From positions 1,088,001-1,152,000 of the forward strand of contig CBDCGL010000011.1 of NCBI GenBank assembly GCA_965216755.1: DNA of 64,000 bases, written 5' to 3'. Positions within the stretch are counted from its first letter, which is position 1; each line of letters starts with the position of its first letter. Origin of the DNA: Alphaproteobacteria bacterium (GTDB lineage Bacteria > Pseudomonadota > Alphaproteobacteria > UBA7887). Made by a program: the position numbers and the translations under genes. Below, piece by piece: positions 58,094 to 64,000 of the stretch. The notes beneath the pieces are model-generated. The model saw only the letters and a list, made by a program, of their open reading frames with translations. It was not told the DNA's origin and ran no database searches.

Positions 58094-59539
58094 ATGGCAT
58101 CGATGGGCGACCTATCCGCCACTCTTGCGGCGGCGCCGGCGGCAGGTACACGCACGCGTATCGACGCGCGGACGGCTGAAATACCACACGGGTTTTATTG
58201 TCTGCTGCTTTTGGTTCTATTATTGCCACTTCCGATTGGCTCGGTCTCCGAACTTGCATCGGCTTTCGTCGGCCTTTGCACCGCGGGGCTGCTGATCCAT
58301 TGGTGCGTACGCGCGGCGACGAATCGCGCGCCAATTGCATTGCCACCGGACGCCATGGTCACAGTCATCGTCCCATTCGCACTAATTGCGACCTGGGGCT
58401 ACGTTCAAACGATACCAGTTTCGCCAACATCATGGCACCATCCCCTGTGGCAAGAAGCGGCCAAGGCGTTGGGGCAACCGGTGACCAGCGCCATAGCTCT
58501 CACGCCGGACGACGCCTTGACATCGTTGATGCGTTTGCTGAGCTACGGAGCTATCTTTTGGCTCGCGCTTCAGTACGGACGCGACGCCAGAGTGGCCAAA
58601 CGTGCGCTTCAGGGTCTGGTTTTGGCCGGCCTTGCCTACGCTGCGTATGGCTTGTTCATCTTTCTCGGCGGGAATGATCTGGTGCTTTGGTACGACCGAC
58701 CACAGCACGGTGTCCTGTCGAGTACATTCGTCAATCGAAACAACTATGCAACGTATGCCGGTCTCGGCCTGCTCGCCGCCACAGCCGTTCTTATTCGCCT
58801 TTTCAGCCGGGTCCGCATTGAAACGGGCGGCCCCCGCGAACAGCTGAAGCGGTTGGTCGAGGCTTTGACGGCGCGCGGCTGGATCGTGCTTCTGGCATGG
58901 CTTTTCATTGCGACCGCCCTGCTGTTGACGAAGTCGCGCGGCGGGTTTGTTAGCACGCTGCTTGGCTTGGCCACGCTGGTCGGAGTTGCAGCTTTCGCAC
59001 CGGCCCTGAACATTCGGGCGGGCGGGCGGGCGATGTTGCCGATCGCCGCCGCGGGGCTGTTCCTGTTTATATTCAGCGGCGACCAAACGGCAGAACGTTT
59101 GGCGGCAACAACATTGGAAAATGAAGACCGCCTTGAAACCTATGCCACGACAGTCCAAGCAATCCGAGCAAACCCCTGGTTCGGATATGGCTTGGGCAGT
59201 TTTGAGGATATTTTCAGACACTATCGCCCCAGCACGTTCTTGTTGCCGATAGACAAGGCCCATAGTGATGTTCTTGAAACCATGCTTGATGTGGGCATTG
59301 TCGGTATCATCATGTTTGCGGCCTTGTTTGCCGCACTATTCACCAGATGCTTGATCGGCGCGTATCGGCGTCAACGCGACGCGATCTATCCCTGCCTAGG
59401 CGCCGCGGCCACGGTACTGGTCGTTACGCATGCCGCAGTCGACTTCAGCCTTCAAATTCCAGCCGTCGCCGGCACTTACGCATTTCTCATGGGAATAACT
59501 TGCGCGCAATCTTGGAGTCATCGGCGGCCGGCCAGATAG
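58094..59539 (+). CDS. O-antigen ligase / O-oligosaccharyltransferase-like membrane protein
   Basis: STFVNRNNYA, TKSRGG, PWFGYGLGSF, AHSD.LE, H..VDFSLQIPA. Confidence 0.85.
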   Translation: MASMGDLSATLAAAPAAGTRTRIDARTAEIPHGFYCLLLLVLLLPLPIGSVSELASAFVGLCTAGLLIHWCVRAATNRAPIALPPDAMVTVIVPFALIATWGYVQTIPVSPTSWHHPLWQEAAKALGQPVTSAIALTPDDALTSLMRLLSYGAIFWLALQYGRDARVAKRALQGLVLAGLAYAAYGLFIFLGGNDLVLWYDRPQHGVLSSTFVNRNNYATYAGLGLLAATAVLIRLFSRVRIETGGPREQLKRLVEALTARGWIVLLAWLFIATALLLTKSRGGFVSTLLGLATLVGVAAFAPALNIRAGGRAMLPIAAAGLFLFIFSGDQTAERLAATTLENEDRLETYATTVQAIRANPWFGYGLGSFEDIFRHYRPSTFLLPIDKAHSDVLETMLDVGIVGIIMFAALFAALFTRCLIGAYRRQRDAIYPCLGAAATVLVVTHAAVDFSLQIPAVAGTYAFLMGITCAQSWSHRRPAR

Positions 59540-59661
59540 CATGTCCGTTAGGTTTCGGGCCACCCATCGGCACCAAGATCTTCGTGCAATGACACCGCAG
59601 TCCAATTGTTTCGTGCACCCTCCGAACATGCGGAACCAATTCTATGTCGTCGGAAAATTCT

Positions 59662-60378
59662 CTAGCTCTCATTGATTTCGTACTGTGTCTGGATGTCGTT
59701 CCAAATAAGTTCAAACGCCACAAGATCTTCCGAAGACGTGGCAAACGCCGCACGGATCACATCAGGGCGATTTAGATCGTACGCCAGCGCGGCCACCGCC
59801 TCGCGCGACAATGACCATGCGATCCAAATGTCTTCATGACTCAATTGTTGAGCTTCAACAGATAGATGGTCCCAGGTCGCCAAAGCAAGTTCCAGACGAA
59901 TATCGCACAGATAGGGTTCGTGCGGTCCTGTCCTGATCGACATTTCCAGTGCGCGCCCGACCGCGTCCGATGGACCATCCGCAACATAGCGTGCAAATGC
60001 CAAGCGGGCCCAAGCAAACGGACGACTTGGCGCCAACGCCAATCCTTGATGCAACAAGTCAATCGCGCGCAGCAAGTGTTCCCGATCCAGCGCCCCATAT
60101 CCGGCCTTGGTTTCAGCAAGAACCAAATGCGCCAGCGCCAAATCCGTGTAAGTCCGGCCACTATCGACCCATTTGAGTGCATGATTGCGGGTCTCGATGA
60201 GAAGTTCCAGCGGTGACTCGGCGACGGCATCTCCGTTTTGCAAGTCAACTAGAGGGCTCTCTCCGGGCAGCGACACGAACTCCGCCACCAGTCGGGGAAT
60301 AGCCAATGCGGCAACCACCAAACCAAGACCCGCGGTTAACGCGACGACAGAAAAGTCACGATATGTTGCAGAGCGCAT
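59662..60378 (-). CDS. Membrane-anchored TPR-like helical protein
   Basis: N-terminal TM; GLALAPSRPFAWARLA and ALEMS...GP.EP TPR-like motifs. Confidence 0.65.
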   Translation of the reverse strand: MRSATYRDFSVVALTAGLGLVVAALAIPRLVAEFVSLPGESPLVDLQNGDAVAESPLELLIETRNHALKWVDSGRTYTDLALAHLVLAETKAGYGALDREHLLRAIDLLHQGLALAPSRPFAWARLAFARYVADGPSDAVGRALEMSIRTGPHEPYLCDIRLELALATWDHLSVEAQQLSHEDIWIAWSLSREAVAALAYDLNRPDVIRAAFATSSEDLVAFELIWNDIQTQYEINES

Positions 60379-60593
60379 ATTTGGGCAAACAGTCTGTTAT
60401 CGGATCTATGCTGTCTCAAGGTGACACAAGTCGCCCGCGAAGGCTTACCGCGCACGTGGGGCATTGCAGCCGATCTCGCCGCCGACAGTCGCACAAGCCG
60501 CAGCGGGCCCGGCTGCAAGTGATTACCGGGCCCGCCTACGGTTCGAGTCATGAGTCGATTTGTCGGTGCTATCGTGCGGCCAATACCACCCGT

Positions 60594-61028
60594 TTACCAG
60601 GGGTTCGGTTTTGACCACACTGCGCCACCCCAAGCGGCTTTCTTGCCATGCACATTGTGCTTCGGCGGGAATTTCTGCTTGATGTCCTTTTTGAGCTGTT
60701 TGATTTCGGTTTTGATTTGACGAAGCAAAACCGTAATCGTCTTCAAACGCTGTTGGACCTTTCTCAGCAGACCAGGTTTAACCGGGCTCTTGACATGATG
60801 CTTGGCGTGCTCGGCCGTTTTCTTGGATGACCCGCGCAAGTATTTCGGTATGGACGAGTAACCCTTGGCCGACGACCATTTGCCCATGTTGTGAGCACCC
60901 GCAGCAGCCGCAGAATCGATACTGGTTGGCGCAACGAGCAACGACAATGCCACCAATGGCACGACCCATATCGGGAACAGCATGCCAAAGTATCGTGTCA
61001 AAGCTCTCAATTCGTCCTCCAGATTCAT
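60594..61028 (-). CDS. Small secreted Lys-rich basic protein
   Basis: Hydrophobic signal-like segment then a K/H-rich region with heptad coiled coil; co-oriented downstream of wzc. Confidence 0.55.
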   Translation of the reverse strand: MNLEDELRALTRYFGMLFPIWVVPLVALSLLVAPTSIDSAAAAGAHNMGKWSSAKGYSSIPKYLRGSSKKTAEHAKHHVKSPVKPGLLRKVQQRLKTITVLLRQIKTEIKQLKKDIKQKFPPKHNVHGKKAAWGGAVWSKPNPW

Positions 61029-61252
61029 GGCGTCGTTCCGTTGTACTAAGAACTATAGCTGCGCTAATCGACCTTATCCAGGGCCAAACATGGTCTTGCC
61101 TGTGACAATTCCAAGCCCAAGCCAGACACTGTATGTAGTATCCGCGTTTGGCCCTAATCCCAAGACCTGTGAATGCTTCGGCGTTTCATCCACAACCAAG
61201 TGTCGCGGCCGATAGGGCGTCGCCGTCCCTATCAAACCGCTTCGTTCGTATT

Positions 61253-63529
61253 TCACTCAGTGTAATATTTGTATGCTGACCCGTAGTAACTCGATGAATC
61301 GCCGTAGCCATATTGTGCATGCTTTTTAACATCCACCAACGACAGCACCGCGCCGGCCACGTCGCCGCCGGCATCAATTAGCCGTTTCACCGCCGTGTTT
61401 GCTGTTTCGCGTCTTGTTTCCGCCCAACGCACGACGAAAACAATCTTGTCGACCAAACGGGCCATGGCGACAGTATCAGCGACAGCCATCACCGGGGATG
61501 TGTCGATAATCACCATGTCGAACATGTCCGATAATTGGCTCATAAGTTCCTTCATCTGCTCGGAACTCAGGACGTCCGGCGGGTTGGGCGCCGGTGCTCC
61601 GGCCGATATGAACCGCAACCCCGTGGCCGTATCGGTTTGCATTACATCCTCTAGCGAGGCGCCGCGCGAAAGGTGCTCCACCAGCCCGGGCCGTGGTTGC
61701 AATTTCAGCAAAGTGTGCGCGGAAGGTTTGCGCAGGTCGCAATCGATCAGAACCACACGCCGTCCAAAGCGGGCCAACATACGACCCAATGACACCGCAA
61801 CCGACGTTTTCCCCTCGTTAGATACAGCGGATCCGATCAGCACGACCTTCGGCGGGCGATCCACGTCCGAAAGCATCAGATTTGTATGCAAACTTCGTAT
61901 CGCTTCACCGAATACCGACGCGGGTTTCTTGAGAATATAGGCCTCTGGCGTGCCCCGCAGCCGGCCCAATTTGGTCAAGGCCGGGATAAGCCCCAAAGGT
62001 GCCACCCCCATTGACTCCTCAACTTGTTCGGAACTCCGGTATCCCTGATCAAGATTTTCAACAACATAGGCAAGTCCAACGCCCAGCGCACTCGACCCGA
62101 CAAGGACAAACAACAAGAGCAACTTCTTGTTGGGATATGACGCACCTCGCGGAATCGAAGATTCTGATATGATATACGCATCGGGCTGCTCAAACCCTTC
62201 TTGTGCGCCCGTCTCTTTGGACCTGAGCAGGAATGTCTCGAACAACGTTCGATTTGCATCGGCCTCGCGCTGCAGACCGCGCAACTTCACTTCTGCATTG
62301 TTGAGTCGAGCAACGTCCTGTTTCAGCGCGGCCACGCTGGTGCCCAACGAGTTCTCCCGCGCGCGCGCAACCGCCACTTCGTTCCGAAGACGTTCGACAA
62401 TTTTGTCGACTTCAATGGCAAGCTGAGACCGCATATCGTCTATCTCCGCCCGCACATGCATCATTCGTGGATGGCGTTCCCCAAACTCTTCCGAAAGTTC
62501 GGCCTGCTTTCGTGTGAGTGCGGCCTGTTCTTGTCGCAACCGTTGGATCAAGGGTGAGTCGAGAACCTCACCTACAGCGCCGATTGCGCGCACGGTACCG
62601 CCGCCCGCAAGCAAAACTTCGACCTGCTGCAAACGCGCTTCCGCTTCCGCGCGCGCCGTGCGCGCGACGACCAACTGAGAAGCAAATTCCGAAACCTCCT
62701 GGGCCGTCAATACGACATCTTTGCCTGCAATCAGTCCCGCCTTCTTGCGGTAGGTTTCGACCGCGGCTTCGGAAACTTCGACCTTAGCGCGCAGCTCTTC
62801 GAGCCGCTCGGTTAGCCAGAGGTTTGCCCGTTCGGTCGCGTCGAATTTTGCTTCCAATTGCGAAACGATGTAGAAATCCGCAACAGTATTCGCAACATTT
62901 GCGGCGACAACAGGGTCCGTCGATTCAAACGATATTCGGATCACGCGTGATCGCCCGACCGGCCCAACGCGAAGTTTGCCTAGAAATCCGTCGACAATGT
63001 TGTCCCAATTCCGTTGGGCCAGTTCCTCCGCCGACAACGTTGGCCCCACTGGATCGGAAACGACAAACGCCGACAGCCACGCTTCAGGTAAATATGTCGC
63101 CGGGTCCGTGTAGATATCGAAGCTGCTCGGCTTGCGGAGCGTCGGATTGAATTCTGCCATTTTCTCCAACCCGAGTTTTTGTATGGTGCGAGTCGCCAAA
63201 TCGCGTGACCGAATGACTTGGACCTCGCTCTCAATCGTTTCGATATCGGCTGGCAATCCCGACAACACGGCATCAACATCAACCACGCGCTCGCGATCAG
63301 AATCGATACGCACAAGCGTGTGCGCCGTATACCGAGGCGTGAGTTGAGAAATAATCAAAATCGCAAACCCGACCATGACGCAAACCGTACCCACGATTAT
63401 TGCCTTGCGCCGCCACAGCTTTCGCAATGTTTCGCGCAAATCCATGGTCGTATGTTCGAATCGCGACGTGACGAACAGGCTACCGTCACGCGCGTCGCGC
63501 TGATGGGCGTAATCCGGCGGACCTTTCAT
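61253..63529 (-). CDS. wzc: Wzc/GumC polysaccharide co-polymerase, BY-kinase
   Basis: Wzz-like N-terminus (PRYTA), HP.., Walker A SAVSNEGKT, IDCDLRKP, IIDTSP, Tyr-rich tail YGYGDSSSYYGSAYKYY; GAGGTG RBS. Confidence 0.93.
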   Translation of the reverse strand: MKGPPDYAHQRDARDGSLFVTSRFEHTTMDLRETLRKLWRRKAIIVGTVCVMVGFAILIISQLTPRYTAHTLVRIDSDRERVVDVDAVLSGLPADIETIESEVQVIRSRDLATRTIQKLGLEKMAEFNPTLRKPSSFDIYTDPATYLPEAWLSAFVVSDPVGPTLSAEELAQRNWDNIVDGFLGKLRVGPVGRSRVIRISFESTDPVVAANVANTVADFYIVSQLEAKFDATERANLWLTERLEELRAKVEVSEAAVETYRKKAGLIAGKDVVLTAQEVSEFASQLVVARTARAEAEARLQQVEVLLAGGGTVRAIGAVGEVLDSPLIQRLRQEQAALTRKQAELSEEFGERHPRMMHVRAEIDDMRSQLAIEVDKIVERLRNEVAVARARENSLGTSVAALKQDVARLNNAEVKLRGLQREADANRTLFETFLLRSKETGAQEGFEQPDAYIISESSIPRGASYPNKKLLLLFVLVGSSALGVGLAYVVENLDQGYRSSEQVEESMGVAPLGLIPALTKLGRLRGTPEAYILKKPASVFGEAIRSLHTNLMLSDVDRPPKVVLIGSAVSNEGKTSVAVSLGRMLARFGRRVVLIDCDLRKPSAHTLLKLQPRPGLVEHLSRGASLEDVMQTDTATGLRFISAGAPAPNPPDVLSSEQMKELMSQLSDMFDMVIIDTSPVMAVADTVAMARLVDKIVFVVRWAETRRETANTAVKRLIDAGGDVAGAVLSLVDVKKHAQYGYGDSSSYYGSAYKYYTE

Positions 63530-63627
63530 CGCACCTCACGTCGCTTTAGGTAAGAACAGGCATTGGCACTACACATCGGCACGAATTCGGCGTGTTTTTT
63601 TAGAGCCATACGAAAAACATACCCTAT

Positions 63628-63667
63628 CTAATTGTTAACTAACCATCTGTACTCACTCTAATGAGTA
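63628..63667. promoter_or_regulatory. AT-rich putative wzc regulatory region with an inverted repeat
   Basis: TACTCA-N6-TGAGTA (63650-63667) next to CTAA-N7-CTAACC (63628-63644). Confidence 0.35.
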
Positions 63668-64000
63668 TTAGGCTGCGGTTCTGTCATCAAAATCCAGCCC
63701 GGAATTGGGGCCACACCGCAATTCGTGCGGTGCCCATGGCACTACCGGTTTCGCCACGCGATTGACATTGTGCGCGGCGACGACCCGCGTGATACCCATG
63801 CGGCAACCACCATCACGAACATGATGATCCGCGGGACCACGCACAATCCCGCGGGGAAACAAGCAGTCGGCACACCGTTGGCTACTCGCCGGCGCAACAT
63901 GTGACGACACGAATCTGCAGCTGATGGCCGGGCGGGCGCATGCATCCATTCAATCCATCGGGGCCCACGTTGCCGCGAGAGCACAATTCGTGTCCACTGC

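Noticed and set aside
61211-61233. Hairpin GATAGGG...CCCTATC downstream of wzc as an intrinsic terminator
   Set aside because: Stem is real but there is no U-tract on the wzc strand; function unclear
63668-64000. Short minus-strand ORFs at the window end
   Set aside because: No recognisable motifs or RBS; cannot be assessed at the edge
1-64000. CRISPR arrays, tRNA/rRNA genes, integrases, transposases, phage or defence genes
   Set aside because: No regularly spaced repeats, RNA gene signatures or such protein motifs noticed by eye; dedicated scans were not run

Overview
A 64-kb, gene-dense, GC-rich chromosomal segment. Gene content (RhlE C-terminal motif, DUF3775, ScfR/RamB-aceA, TIGR02281-type protease, MCP C-terminal remnant) suggests an alphaproteobacterium, probably Rhodospirillales-like; this is an inference. 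In order it holds: (1) housekeeping genes and an AT-richer Cache-like/GGDEF/EAL gene; (2) a truncated zrg-like zinc locus whose leader ORF ends in a RAPP motif and is followed by a nested stem-loop reaching the zrgA ribosome-binding site; (3) malate synthase G, amino-acid and detoxification genes, and an Fnr-like regulator; (4) a ~10-kb cluster (22.5-32.0 kb) encoding a complete-looking corrinoid-dependent methyl-transfer system: MtaA/CmuA-type Zn methyltransferase, corrinoid protein, RACE activator, AcsE-like THF methyltransferase, MetF, a core-type MetE, a class III CoA-transferase and two Cys/His-rich unknown proteins, with an FNR box upstream of most of it; (5) an IOR + four-subunit 2-oxoacid:ferredoxin oxidoreductase operon with an IorB-ferredoxin fusion; (6) aceA-ramB; (7) a ~20-kb Wzx/Wzy polysaccharide locus. 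No rRNA, tRNA, CRISPR array or intact transposase was recognised. The two best candidates for undescribed systems are the corrinoid methyl-transfer cluster and the RAPP-leader/hairpin control of zrgA. All calls come from motif recognition by eye; no database searches were run.
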